Positions 1 through 9,554 of a stretch of DNA of 64,000 nt are shown one piece after another. Origin of the DNA: an uncultured Chloroflexia bacterium (GTDB lineage Bacteria > Chloroflexota > Limnocylindria > Limnocylindrales > CSP1-4); the NCBI GenBank assembly GCA_963707215.1, contig CAVPPB010000003.1, forward strand, positions 1,376,001 to 1,440,000, written 5' to 3'. The stretch's first letter is position 1. Every line of letters starts with the position of its first letter. A program made the translations under genes and the position numbers. A model generated the notes under the pieces. The model was not told the origin of the DNA. It worked only from the letters and a program-made list of their open reading frames with translations, and did not search any database.

Positions 1-82
1 CGACCCTGGCTCGCAGCTCTGGGACGAGCTTGCCGCGCTGACCGTCAGCGGGCCCGGCCTGGTCTCGTGGGAGACCGCGAAG

Positions 83-610
83 ATGACGGCCGTGACCGAG
101 GGGGCGCTGGCCGGCAGGATCGAGCGCGATCCCGGGGGTCGCGAGATCCGGTTCGCCAGCGCCGCCGACCGTCCCGCGGTCGAGGCCGCCTTGCTCGAAG
201 CGCTCCACCGCGGGCCGCCGCGGCCCGAACCGTTCGTCCTCGAGGCAGCGGCTCGGCTGATCTGGGACGGCACGACCTGTGCCTGGAAGGGCGATCCTCC
301 CGGGGCCGCCGGACTTCGCCAGCTGACGCTCGAGAACGACATGGCCACGTTCGGGGGAGCGTTCGTCGTGGCGGTGGAGTCCCCCCATTCCTGGGCCGAG
401 CTGCTGGACTTCCTCGCCGCATTCGACTTCGAGAACGGCACGGAGCCACCGGCATGGATCGTCCCGCTCGCGACCGACTTCGGAGCCGCGGCCGGTGCCG
501 AGGTGACGTCGCTGGTCGATCTGCCGTCCGGCACGTCGGGTGCGCTGTGCATCTCGGGGGAGTGGCCGGACATCGAGCTCGTCCCGGGCGAGCCGCTCGA
601 CCTGCCGTGA
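83..610 (+). CDS. hypothetical protein
   Basis: 175-aa ORF with GC3-biased codons and normal amino-acid composition, unlike the overlapping Arg/Pro-rich shadow frames; no recognisable motif. Confidence 0.6.
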   Translation: MTAVTEGALAGRIERDPGGREIRFASAADRPAVEAALLEALHRGPPRPEPFVLEAAARLIWDGTTCAWKGDPPGAAGLRQLTLENDMATFGGAFVVAVESPHSWAELLDFLAAFDFENGTEPPAWIVPLATDFGAAAGAEVTSLVDLPSGTSGALCISGEWPDIELVPGEPLDLP

Positions 611-661
611 CCGATTCGGTACCGTGATGGCCAGCCGTCCCGCCATGCAGGAAGCCGCCAG

Positions 662-1861
662 ATGACGATCACGCCCCGGACCATCCTCCTGGTCGGCCTG
701 TGGGCGGTCGCGGTCGGCATCGCCGTGGTCGACCTGCTCGTCGGGCTCTTCGCCCGACGCGGCGGCGTGAGCTTCGAGGGCACCGCCTGGACGCCGGCGC
801 TGCAGGCCGGTTTCGCGACCGTCGGGGTGCTGATCCTGGTCAACCGTCCGAGGAACGTGATCGGCGGTCTCTGCCTGGCGATCGGGCTCGTGCTCGCCGC
901 CAGCGCCGCCATGGCGGCGTACGCGACGCTCGACGACGTCCGCGGGGGGCCGGCGACCGCGGCGGGCTCGACGGCCGCCATGCTGTCCACGGCGCTCCGG
1001 AGTCTCGCGATCGTGCTGTACGTGCCGCTCCTCGCTCGCTTCCCCTCCGGCCATCTCCTGTCGCGGCGCTGGGCGGTCGCCGACGCACTGGTCCTCTTCT
1101 TCGTCGGCACGGTCGCGGTCGAGACCCTGAGACCGCATCGCGTCGAGCTCGAGTGGGTGCTGGCGTTCGAGAACCCGATCGGGATCCTGGGGCTCCCGGT
1201 GGCAGGGGAGCCCGCCCTGCAGGCGGCCGGGGGCTTCGCGGTGGCCGCGGCCATCCTCGTCACCGGGGCCGCGATCGTGCTCCGCTACCGGCGAGGAGGT
1301 CCGACCGAGCGAGCCCAGATCCGCTGGGTCGTCGCCGCGTATCTCGTGGCCATCGGCGCCATCGGGGCCGCCCTCGTGGCGCCGCGCCCGGTGTCCGACC
1401 TCGCCTGGCTCGTGCTCACGCTCGTGCCCGGGCTGATCCCCATCGCCATCGGGGTCGCCGTGCTGCGATACCGGCTGTACGAGATCGACCGGCTCATCAG
1501 CCGGACGATCGGCTGGGCAATCGTGACGGGAGTGCTGGTCGGCGCCTTCGTCTTCCTGGTGCTCGGGTTGACCTCGGTCGTCGAGCCCCTGTTCGGTGGT
1601 GGCAACACCCTCGCGATCGCCGGCTCCACGTTGGTCGTCGCGGCCCTCTTCAACCCGGTCCGGACGCGGGTCCAGCGAGCGGTCGACCGACGGTTCGACC
1701 GGGGCCGCTATGACGGCGAGCGGCTCCTCGCTGCCTTCACCGAGCGGCTGCGCGACGAGGTCGACCTCACCACGATCTCCGCTGATGTCCTCGCCACCGT
1801 CGATGCCGCGGTCCGACCGAGCTCTGCCGGTCTCTGGCTGCGGGGGAGCGGCCCCCGCTAG
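662..1861 (+). CDS. multi-pass membrane sensor-like protein, paralog 1 (C-terminal partial GAF)
   Basis: Many hydrophobic segments; conserved tail LRYRLYEIDRLISRT...VDRRFDRGRYDGERLLAAFTERLRDEVDL...VRPSSAGLWLR, which resembles the TM-to-GAF linker of GAF/PP2C and HK sensors. Confidence 0.8.
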   Translation: MTITPRTILLVGLWAVAVGIAVVDLLVGLFARRGGVSFEGTAWTPALQAGFATVGVLILVNRPRNVIGGLCLAIGLVLAASAAMAAYATLDDVRGGPATAAGSTAAMLSTALRSLAIVLYVPLLARFPSGHLLSRRWAVADALVLFFVGTVAVETLRPHRVELEWVLAFENPIGILGLPVAGEPALQAAGGFAVAAAILVTGAAIVLRYRRGGPTERAQIRWVVAAYLVAIGAIGAALVAPRPVSDLAWLVLTLVPGLIPIAIGVAVLRYRLYEIDRLISRTIGWAIVTGVLVGAFVFLVLGLTSVVEPLFGGGNTLAIAGSTLVVAALFNPVRTRVQRAVDRRFDRGRYDGERLLAAFTERLRDEVDLTTISADVLATVDAAVRPSSAGLWLRGSGPR

Positions 1862-1883
1862 GCGCCACCCAGCGGCGAGGCCG

Positions 1884-4820
1884 CTACCAGGTCTCGAGCA
1901 TCCAGATCCCCGGCTCCAGCTCGCCGGGCATCCCGCCAACGTCGGCGAACGCGGTGACCGCCTCCCGCAGGTGCTCCAGCGCCTCGTCGTCCCGTCCGGC
2001 CGACCGCAGCATGTCGGCCAGGTTGTTCTCGACGGCCGCCTCGAGGTGGCGCTCGCCGGCGCGTCGTGCCGAGAACGACGCGCTCTCCGCAAGGGTCAAC
2101 GCCAGGTCGATGTCGCCCTGGTCGGCGACGACGAGCGCCAGCGCGTTGGCGGCCGCGATGGAGGCGACCGGATCGGGCAGCGTCGCCGCCGCAGCGAGGC
2201 TCCGCTCCAGGAGGGCCCGCGCGTCCTCGAGATCGCCGCGATCCCGGGCCAGCAGCCCGAGGATCCGATCGGCCTCGGCCTCCGCGGCGATGTCGCCCGT
2301 CGCCAGGGCACGGGCTTCGAGGGCCAGCGCCGCGGCCGACTCCGGCCGCCCGGACCGAGCCGCCGCGACCGCTTGATCCGCGAGGAGGTCGGATCGCCGC
2401 GGCCCCGTCCCCTCGCCGGCCTCGTCGAGAGCGGCCACGGCGGCGGCCAGGTGTCGCCCGGCGCGACCCGGATCGCCGCGTCGGAGATGGACCTGGCCCA
2501 GGCGATGCTCGATGGTGGCCAACCGGTCCGCGGGCGCCGACGCAGCCGCCGTCTCGAGAGTCGAGATGGCCTTCGGATAGTCCCCGGTCCGCATGGCGAC
2601 CTCCCCGATGGCCAGGTGCAGGCCGAGCACGTCTGGGTCGCCCAGGGCAAGGGCCGCCTCGAGATAGGCGAGGGCCTCCCGGTTGGCGAAGACCGCGCGG
2701 GCAAGATCGCCGGCCTCGCGGTAGGCGGCCGCAGCCTCGGGTCCGCGGCCCGCGGCCTGCTCATGGGTCGCGATACGGGCCAGGCGCCCGAGCTGGTCGA
2801 GGTCTCGACCGGCCGGCCCACGGAGCGCCTCGGCCGCCCGGCGATGGAGCAGGCGCCGCCTGACCACGCTCGTCGTCTCGTAGGCGACGTCGCGGAGGCG
2901 GGCATGGACGAAGTCGAACACCGGACCGCCGCTGCCAGTGGACTCGTTGACGATCCCCCGGCGCAGGAGCTCCTCGATGGCCATCACCGTCTCGTCGTCC
3001 GATCGACCACTCACGGCGCGGGCGGCCTCGGCTCCGAACGACCGCCCGATGACGGCCGCGGCCGCGACGACCTGCGTGGCCACGTCGCTGACCCCGGCCA
3101 GGCGTCCCTGGAGCAGTGCGCGGATGCCGGCCGGCATCGCGCCAGCGGGACGATCCGGCACGGCCAGGGCCTCGACGACGTAGAGCGGCAGCCCTTCGGC
3201 CTCGTCGACGAGGGCATCGAGGATGGCAGGGGAGGGCATCGGCCGGCCGGTCGTCACGATCGCATCGACGAGTTCGCGGACGTGGGCCTGCGCCAGCCGA
3301 TCGAGCCGGACGACGGCACCGGGCATCGCGTCCGCGGTCGCCACGAGTGGCTGGGCTCGCTCGTCGAGGTCCTCGCGGCGCCACGAGAGCAGCAGGGCGA
3401 TCGGGTGCGTCTCAAGTCGGCGGGCGAGGTAGGCGAGCGCCTCGAGCGTCGAGTCGTCGGCCCACTGGAGATCGTCGAGGCGGACGAGGACGGGCCGGGC
3501 CGGGCCGTCCGGGCCGTCCGGGCTGGCGATCGCACCGAGGCCCGCGGCGATCGCCTCGAGCAGTCGGAGCCGAGCTGCCGGACCCGATGCGGGACCGGGA
3601 CCGGTCGCCGGACCGGTCCGCTCGAGCTCCGGCACGAGCGTGGCGAGGAAGCCTCGATCCCGCTCGGAAAGCCGGGCAAGAGCGTCGGGACCATCAGCCA
3701 GGGCGAGCACCGACCGGAGCAGCCCGGCGATCGGGGCGAGCGCGATGCCCGCCTCGCCGGCATAGCAGCGCGCCGCGACCACGGGGTGATCCATCGTCGC
3801 CGCCCGCTCGGTGACGGCATCTGCGAGCCGCGTCTTGCCGATCCCCGCCTCGCCCTCGATGACCGCGAGCCGGCCGCTGCCTTCCCCGAGGGCGAGCGCG
3901 GCCGACACCCGCTCCAGCTCGTCAGCACGACCGATGAGCGGCGCGATCGAGGGGCGGCCCGGAGCCGCCGCGGCTGGCGCGGACGGCGATGTGGCGGCCT
4001 CGCCCGCGGCGGATCCTGGAGGCGACGCCGTCGCCAGCTCCCCCGCCAGGATCGCCTCGTACAGCTCCGTCGTCTCGGGAAGCGGTCCGACGCCCAGCTC
4101 ACGGTCAAGGATCGCGGCCGCGTCGCGGTACTGCCGGACCGCCGCGGCCGTCTCGCCGGAGCGTGCGTAGGCCTCCATGAGGGCTCGGTGGGCCGGCTCG
4201 TGCAGCGGGTCGAGCCCGAACCACCGCCGACCAGCCACGATCGCGCCGTCCCAGCCGCCGGCCGCGAGGCGCTCCCGAACGAGCCGCTCGAGCGCCCCGG
4301 CGAGCTCACGCTGATGGGCCTCGCGCTCGATCTCGATCCACTCATCCCACGCCTCGCTGTCGCGGAGCGAGAAGCCCTCCATGAGCCCCCCACGGTCGAG
4401 GGCCAGGGCAGCTTCGAGCGCCGCCTGGCAGTCCCCGCAGGCACGATCCGGCTCGTGGCCGTGACCCCGGGCCTGGGTCACCGCGTCGCGGAACCGGGCG
4501 ACGTCGAGCTCGATCGATCCTGGGTCGAGGGCGACCGACGTCCGGTCGATGGTCAGGCCGGTCCCATCGAGGGCCGAGTTGAGCACCGAGAGCGTCCGGC
4601 GCAGCGCGCCTCGGGCCTCCTGGTCGCCCGAATCCGGCCAGAGGAGCGCGCCCAGGGACTCGCGGGACGCGGGCCGGCCGGTCAGGGCCAGGTAGGCCAG
4701 CAGGGCGATGGCCTTCCGCGTGTCGACGGCCAGCGGTGCACCGCCGACGCGGATGTCGACCGGGCCCAGCAGGCGGATCGCGATCGTGCGCGTCGGGGGG
4801 GCCGGCGACCTCGGTGGCAT
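1884..4820 (-). CDS. SARP/AfsR-like transcriptional regulator (wHTH-BTAD, AAA ATPase, TPR)
   Basis: IRLLGPVDI...RKAIALLAYLAL...LLWPD...LRRTLSVL; BTAD motif LDPLHEPAHRALMEAYARSG; Walker A GEAGIGKT; Walker B DDLQWAD; FVHARLRD; start set at MPPRSP (ATG 4820). Confidence 0.9.
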   Translation of the reverse strand: MPPRSPAPPTRTIAIRLLGPVDIRVGGAPLAVDTRKAIALLAYLALTGRPASRESLGALLWPDSGDQEARGALRRTLSVLNSALDGTGLTIDRTSVALDPGSIELDVARFRDAVTQARGHGHEPDRACGDCQAALEAALALDRGGLMEGFSLRDSEAWDEWIEIEREAHQRELAGALERLVRERLAAGGWDGAIVAGRRWFGLDPLHEPAHRALMEAYARSGETAAAVRQYRDAAAILDRELGVGPLPETTELYEAILAGELATASPPGSAAGEAATSPSAPAAAAPGRPSIAPLIGRADELERVSAALALGEGSGRLAVIEGEAGIGKTRLADAVTERAATMDHPVVAARCYAGEAGIALAPIAGLLRSVLALADGPDALARLSERDRGFLATLVPELERTGPATGPGPASGPAARLRLLEAIAAGLGAIASPDGPDGPARPVLVRLDDLQWADDSTLEALAYLARRLETHPIALLLSWRREDLDERAQPLVATADAMPGAVVRLDRLAQAHVRELVDAIVTTGRPMPSPAILDALVDEAEGLPLYVVEALAVPDRPAGAMPAGIRALLQGRLAGVSDVATQVVAAAAVIGRSFGAEAARAVSGRSDDETVMAIEELLRRGIVNESTGSGGPVFDFVHARLRDVAYETTSVVRRRLLHRRAAEALRGPAGRDLDQLGRLARIATHEQAAGRGPEAAAAYREAGDLARAVFANREALAYLEAALALGDPDVLGLHLAIGEVAMRTGDYPKAISTLETAAASAPADRLATIEHRLGQVHLRRGDPGRAGRHLAAAVAALDEAGEGTGPRRSDLLADQAVAAARSGRPESAAALALEARALATGDIAAEAEADRILGLLARDRGDLEDARALLERSLAAAATLPDPVASIAAANALALVVADQGDIDLALTLAESASFSARRAGERHLEAAVENNLADMLRSAGRDDEALEHLREAVTAFADVGGMPGELEPGIWMLETW

Positions 4821-4852
4821 CCACGCAACGATACCGCCCTTGCCGTGCGGTT

Positions 4853-4885
4853 CGTAACGTTTCCCGGACCCCCGTCCGCCAGGGT
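4853..4885 (+). promoter_or_regulatory. putative SARP-type box (CGTAACG-N4-CCGGACC) plus -10-like CAGGGT
   Basis: Same motif recurs at 6388, 6938, 10825 and 11496; lies between the divergent regulator and paralog 2. Confidence 0.55.
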
Positions 4886-5021
4886 GGCTGTGCCTGGCCG
4901 GGGGGCCATGGTGGGGCCCGGCGAACGGAGGTGTCGTGGGGTCCGCAAGCACACGAGTCGACCGGAGGGTTGCCGTACCGTCGTACGGTGGGGGGGCCGT
5001 ACCGAGCCCGGCGTGCGTCCC

Positions 5022-6323
5022 ATGAGCCGACCCAGCGACCCGCACCCTGCGCCGCCTCGACACACCAGCCCAGCACCTGTCGCTGCTCCGAGCATCCCGA
5101 CGCGACGACGCCCGACGACCTGCATCGCGGTCGCGCTCCTCGCCCTGGCGCTCGGCATGATCGCCTTCCTGGCGGCCTCCTCGCTCGTGCTGCCGGGCGC
5201 GGATCGACTCCCGGGCCGACCCGAGGGGATCGTGGACGTCCTGTGGATCGCGATCACGCTGGGAGCGTTCGTGTCGCTGCCGACGATGGGGGCGATCCTT
5301 GCCATCCTCCGGCCACGCAACCCGATCGGCTGGCTCCTGCTCGGCAGCGGCGTCGCGATCATCCTGGGTACGTCCGGGCCGGAGTACGTCGACCGGAGCC
5401 TTCTCCTCGGGGCCGAGCTGCCCGGCGACCGCATCGTGGACTGGCTCTCGGCACGGTCCGAAGGCCTCGGGTTCATGCTCGTGGCCGTCTGGATCCCGTT
5501 GGTCTTCCCGGACGGGCGGCTGCCCGGCCCCAGGTGGCGACTCGTGGCCATCGTTGCGGCGCTCGCGATGGTGACGAGCGTCGTTGCCGGCGCCCTGACG
5601 GTGCACGGGGACGGCCAGTGGGACCCCGCATTCCCCAACCCGCTGGCGGCCGAAGGGTGGCTGGCTGACCTCGCCGTCGTCCTGGTGGATGTCGGGAACC
5701 TGGTCCTCCTGGTCTGTATCCCGCTTGCAGCGGCATCGGTGATCGTCCGCTTCCGGCGGTCCCGCGGCGCCGAGCGGGAACAGATGAAGTGGTTCCTGGC
5801 GGCGGCGTCGGTCCTCGCGGGCGCATTCCTCCTGATGGCCGGGGTCCAGCAGGACTGGACCTACATCCTCACCCTGGCCAGCTTCTCGCTCCTCCCCATC
5901 GCCATCGGCATCGCCGTCCTGCGGTACCGCCTGTACGAGATCGACCGGCTCATCAGCAAGTCCATCGGCTGGGCCATCGTGACGGGGTTGTTGGTCGGGG
6001 CCTTCGCCCTCCTGGTCCTCGGACTCCAGACCGTGCTCGAGCCCCTCACCGGGGGCAACACCCTGGCGATCGCCGGCTCGACCCTCGTGGTGGCGGCCCT
6101 GTTCCAGCCCCTCCGGACCCGGGTCCAGCGGGCCGTCGACCGGCGGTTCGACCGGAGCCGCTACGACGGGGAGCGGCTGCTCGCCGCCTACTCCGAGCGC
6201 CTGCGCGACGAAGTGGACCTCTCGACGATCAGTGCCGACGTCCTCGCCACCGTCGATGCCGCGGTCCGGCCGAGCGCTGCCGGCCTCTGGCTGCGGGAGC
6301 GACCCGGGGGCGGGCGGCCCTGA
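5022..6323 (+). CDS. multi-pass membrane sensor-like protein, paralog 2
   Basis: MSRPSDPH start; RPRNPIGWLL, FPDGRLPGPRWR, EREQMKWF and the shared C-terminal tail. Confidence 0.8.
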   Translation: MSRPSDPHPAPPRHTSPAPVAAPSIPTRRRPTTCIAVALLALALGMIAFLAASSLVLPGADRLPGRPEGIVDVLWIAITLGAFVSLPTMGAILAILRPRNPIGWLLLGSGVAIILGTSGPEYVDRSLLLGAELPGDRIVDWLSARSEGLGFMLVAVWIPLVFPDGRLPGPRWRLVAIVAALAMVTSVVAGALTVHGDGQWDPAFPNPLAAEGWLADLAVVLVDVGNLVLLVCIPLAAASVIVRFRRSRGAEREQMKWFLAAASVLAGAFLLMAGVQQDWTYILTLASFSLLPIAIGIAVLRYRLYEIDRLISKSIGWAIVTGLLVGAFALLVLGLQTVLEPLTGGNTLAIAGSTLVVAALFQPLRTRVQRAVDRRFDRSRYDGERLLAAYSERLRDEVDLSTISADVLATVDAAVRPSAAGLWLRERPGGGRP

Positions 6324-6387
6324 GCTCCGCTCGTCTCGACGGGATCCATGCAGGCATCGTCACGGTCTGCGAGACCCGCCGCGAACT

Positions 6388-6420
6388 CGTAACGCTTCCC
6401 CGACGCTCCCGGACCACGAT
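6388..6420 (+). promoter_or_regulatory. putative SARP-type box plus -10-like CACGAT
   Basis: CGTAACG CTTC CCCGACG, 9 nt, CACGAT. Confidence 0.55.
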
Positions 6421-6471
6421 GTCGGCAGCCGGCCGCGGGGGGCGGCCGGCATCAGCACCGAGGAGCAGGCC

Positions 6472-6942
6472 ATGAGCTGGTCGATGGAGCACATCCGCGA
6501 GGCACCCGTGGCGCCAGGCGACGTGTTCGCCGCCTACACGGACCCGTCCACCTGGAGCGCCTGGGGGCACAACACGCGCTCAGCTCGGCTCAAGGGTCCG
6601 TTCCGCGAAGGAGCCGTCGTCCGCGTCGAGGCCGGCTACCGCCGCACCTGGCCGGTCCTCGTCCGGATGGTCGTGCCGGGGTGCACGGTCGTGTGCGAGG
6701 TCCGCCCGCCCGGGGTCACGATCGTCTCGACCTACGACGTGCGGCCGACAGAGGAGGGCGCCCGCCTTCGGCACGTCATCACCATCTCCGGCCGGCTCGA
6801 GCTCGCCTACCGACCACTGCGACCGCTGTACACGCGGCTGCTCGCGAAGGAGACGAGGCGCCTCGCCGAACACGTCACCGGGACCGGTGCCCGCGCCGAG
6901 GAGACGCGGGAGACGGCCGCGGACGGCCCACGACTGTCGTAA
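6472..6942 (+). CDS. SRPBCC/polyketide cyclase-like protein
   Basis: GAGGAG RBS; APGDVFAAYTDPSTWSAWG...LKGPFREG pattern typical of the SRPBCC N-terminus. Confidence 0.75.
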   Translation: MSWSMEHIREAPVAPGDVFAAYTDPSTWSAWGHNTRSARLKGPFREGAVVRVEAGYRRTWPVLVRMVVPGCTVVCEVRPPGVTIVSTYDVRPTEEGARLRHVITISGRLELAYRPLRPLYTRLLAKETRRLAEHVTGTGARAEETRETAADGPRLS

Positions 6943-6970
6943 CGTTCCGCGAACACTCCACGCCGAGGAT
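6938..6970 (+). promoter_or_regulatory. putative SARP-type box plus -10-like GAGGAT
   Basis: CGTAACG TTCC GCGAACA, 9 nt, GAGGAT; overlaps the TAA stop of the SRPBCC gene. Confidence 0.5.
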
Positions 6971-7072
6971 GCGTCCCGTGAACGGTCGATATCGAAGCCG
7001 TGCTGCAGCGCCGGCCAAGGCGTCCACGTACCTTCCGTTGACGGGTGGCCCGACCATCGGGTGCCTGGTCGC

Positions 7073-7156
7073 ATGAGCGCCGACGTCCTCGCGACCGTCG
7101 ATACCGCGGCCCGACCGACCGCTCCCGGCCCCTGGCTGCTGGGGTCCGAGCCATGA
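7073..7156 (+). pseudogene. remnant 3' end of a further membrane-sensor paralog
   Basis: Translates MSADVLATVDTAARPTAPGPWLLGSEP*, a degenerate copy of the tail SADVLATVDAAVRPTAAGIWLR; ATGA overlap with paralog 3. Confidence 0.65.
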
Positions 7157-8373
7157 CGGCTGATCGGGGTCGTCTCCGCGCCGTCTCCGCGATCCTCATC
7201 ATCGCCTCGCTCGCGGGGTCGCTGGCGTTCACTATCGTCCTCGACGCGGTCGTGCTCGCCGGGTCGACGTCCTTCGACACGCCCATCCTCTCCCTGTTGC
7301 TCACGGCGATCGCGCTGGCGTTCTCGATCGTCGGGGCCGCGGTCGAGTGGCGGCGGCCCGGTCACGCAATCGGCCGCCTCCTGCTGCTCTCGGGACCGTT
7401 GTTCGCGTTCCTGGCGATGGGCTGGACGTTGGGAGGCTCTCTCGCTGCCCCCATCGACCCTGCCGTACATGCCCTGTTCGACTGGAGCGTGACCGTGCTC
7501 TCCTACCCGGGGATGGCAGTGATCGCAGGCTGGCTTCCGCTCCTGTTCCCCTCAGGAACGCTCCCAGGTCCGCGCTGGCGAGCTCCGGCGGCCGCGCTGG
7601 TCTTCGTGTCGTCGGTGAGCCTCCTCGCGCTTGCGACGCGGCCCGGGCCCCTAGTCGAGGATGGCCGAGCAAACCCGCTCGGCGTCGAAGCCTGGCCTCC
7701 CGCCCTCCAGCTGCTCGTCGACTCGCTGCTGCTTCAGCTCGTGCTGTTGTTCGTGCTCGCGGTCGTCGGACTCGCCGTCCGCTACCGGCGCGGGGACGAG
7801 GTCGCGCGCCACCAGATCCGCTGGCTGCTCGCGGCCGTGGGAACCGTGGCCGTGGGGTTCGTCGGTGCCCTCGTCGAGGGCCTCGTCCGCACGGACGAGG
7901 GGGTCTTCGTATCGATCATCGTGGCGTTCGTTGGCGTCCTGTTCATGCCCATCGCCATCGGCATCGCCGTCCTGCGGTACCGGCTGTACGAGATCGACCG
8001 GCTCATCAGCCGGACGATCGGCTGGGCGATCGTGACCGGGCTGCTGGTCGGGGCGTTCGCCCTCCTCGTGCTCGGGCTCCAGGCCGTGGTCGAGCCGATC
8101 ACCGGCGGGAACACGCTGGCGATCGCCGGGTCCACCCTCGTCGTGGCCGCCCTCTTCAACCCGGTTCGGACGAGGGTCCAGCGGGCCGTCGATCGACGGT
8201 TCGACCGCTCCCGGTACGACGGGGAGCGGCTCCTCGCCGCCTTCGGGGAGCGCCTTCGCGACGAGGTCGACCTGACCGCCATCAGGGCCGATGTCCTCGC
8301 CACCGTCGATGCCGCGGTCCGACCAAGCGCTGCCGGCCTCTGGCTGCGGGAGCGACCGGGGGGCCGGGCGTGA
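7153..8373 (+). CDS. multi-pass membrane sensor-like protein, paralog 3
   Basis: RRPGHAIGRLL, FPSGTLPGPRWR, RHQIRWLL and the shared tail. Confidence 0.8.
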   Translation: MTADRGRLRAVSAILIIASLAGSLAFTIVLDAVVLAGSTSFDTPILSLLLTAIALAFSIVGAAVEWRRPGHAIGRLLLLSGPLFAFLAMGWTLGGSLAAPIDPAVHALFDWSVTVLSYPGMAVIAGWLPLLFPSGTLPGPRWRAPAAALVFVSSVSLLALATRPGPLVEDGRANPLGVEAWPPALQLLVDSLLLQLVLLFVLAVVGLAVRYRRGDEVARHQIRWLLAAVGTVAVGFVGALVEGLVRTDEGVFVSIIVAFVGVLFMPIAIGIAVLRYRLYEIDRLISRTIGWAIVTGLLVGAFALLVLGLQAVVEPITGGNTLAIAGSTLVVAALFNPVRTRVQRAVDRRFDRSRYDGERLLAAFGERLRDEVDLTAIRADVLATVDAAVRPSAAGLWLRERPGGRA

Positions 8374-9554
8374 GGGTGCCGGGCGTGAACGACCGCGCGG
8401 CACTCCGGATCGCGTCGACCGCGATCGTGCTGCTGCTGCTGGCCGGCACGGCCATCCTTGCCGTCATCTGGCCGCCCGTCCGGCAGCCCACCTGGGGGTT
8501 CACCGGCTTCTCTGGCCTGCTGGCAGGAGCCGTGGGCCTCATGGGAGCGGTCATCGTGTACCGTCGGCCGGGCAACCGCGTGGGTTGGGTCCTGCTCCTC
8601 GTCGGCCTCATGAGCGCGATCCAGTTCGTCGTGGACCTGACCCCACTCCTGGTCATCCACCTGGGCGGCGCGGGCACGCCGGCCGAGACCTGGACGAGCT
8701 GGCTCCCGAACGCCATCTGGGTCCCGTCGGTCACCCTGATCGGCTACCTGTTGCTGATCTACCCTGACGGGCGCCCGCCTGACGGACGCTGGTCGGCCCT
8801 CGGTCCGCTGCTGCTCGTGGTCGCGATCCTGACGCTGGTGGCGATCCTGGTGACCCCCGGCGACCTGCGGAACTACCCGGGCGTCGCCAACCCGACGGGC
8901 CTGCCCGGTCTCCCCGGGGCCCTCGTGGCCATCGTCGACCCCCTGTACCTGGGGACGCTCGTGGCCGCAGCGCTGTCCCTGGTCGTCCGCTGGCGCCAGG
9001 CCCCGCCGGTCGTCCGGGCCCAGCTGAAGTGGCTCGCCCTTGCCGGGGTCCCGTTCGCGATCGCCACCAGCCTGTCGGTCGTCTCCCGGGAGGCCCAACT
9101 CATGGCGATCCTCTCCGGCGGGCTGATGCCGGTAGCCATCGCCATGGCGATCCTGCGCGACCGCCTGTACGAGATCGACCGCATCATCAGCCGGTCGATC
9201 GGCTGGGCGATCGTCACCGGGTTGCTCATCGCGACGTTCGCCGTGTTGATCCTTGGCCTCCAGGCGGTGCTCGAGCCCCTGACCGGAGGCAACACCCTGG
9301 CGATCGCCGCCTCGACCCTGATCGTCGCTGCCCTCTTCGACCCGGTCCGGACCCGGGTCCAGCGGGCGGTCGACCGCCGCTTCGACCGTTCCCGGTACGA
9401 CGGCGAGCGCCTCCTGGCCGCCTTCGGGGAGCGGCTGCGCGACGAGGTGGACCTCACGACGATCTCCGCCGATGTCCTCGCCACCGTCGATGCCGCGGTC
9501 CGACCGACCGCTGCCGGCATCTGGCTGCGGGAGCGATCGGGGGGCGGAGGGTGA
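8370..9554 (+). CDS. multi-pass membrane sensor-like protein, paralog 4
   Basis: GTGA overlap with paralog 3 (alternative GTG at 8385); RRPGNRVGWVLL, YPDGRPPDGRW, RAQLKWL and the shared tail. Confidence 0.8.
   Translation: MRVPGVNDRAALRIASTAIVLLLLAGTAILAVIWPPVRQPTWGFTGFSGLLAGAVGLMGAVIVYRRPGNRVGWVLLLVGLMSAIQFVVDLTPLLVIHLGGAGTPAETWTSWLPNAIWVPSVTLIGYLLLIYPDGRPPDGRWSALGPLLLVVAILTLVAILVTPGDLRNYPGVANPTGLPGLPGALVAIVDPLYLGTLVAAALSLVVRWRQAPPVVRAQLKWLALAGVPFAIATSLSVVSREAQLMAILSGGLMPVAIAMAILRDRLYEIDRIISRSIGWAIVTGLLIATFAVLILGLQAVLEPLTGGNTLAIAASTLIVAALFDPVRTRVQRAVDRRFDRSRYDGERLLAAFGERLRDEVDLTTISADVLATVDAAVRPTAAGIWLRERSGGGG

Noticed and set aside
1596-5021. Long antisense or alternative-frame ORFs (for example the 5' part of 1596-6323, 39255-42383, 11181-13229, 19532-21298)
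   Set aside because: These are shadow ORFs expected at this GC content, opposite well-supported genes and without motifs.
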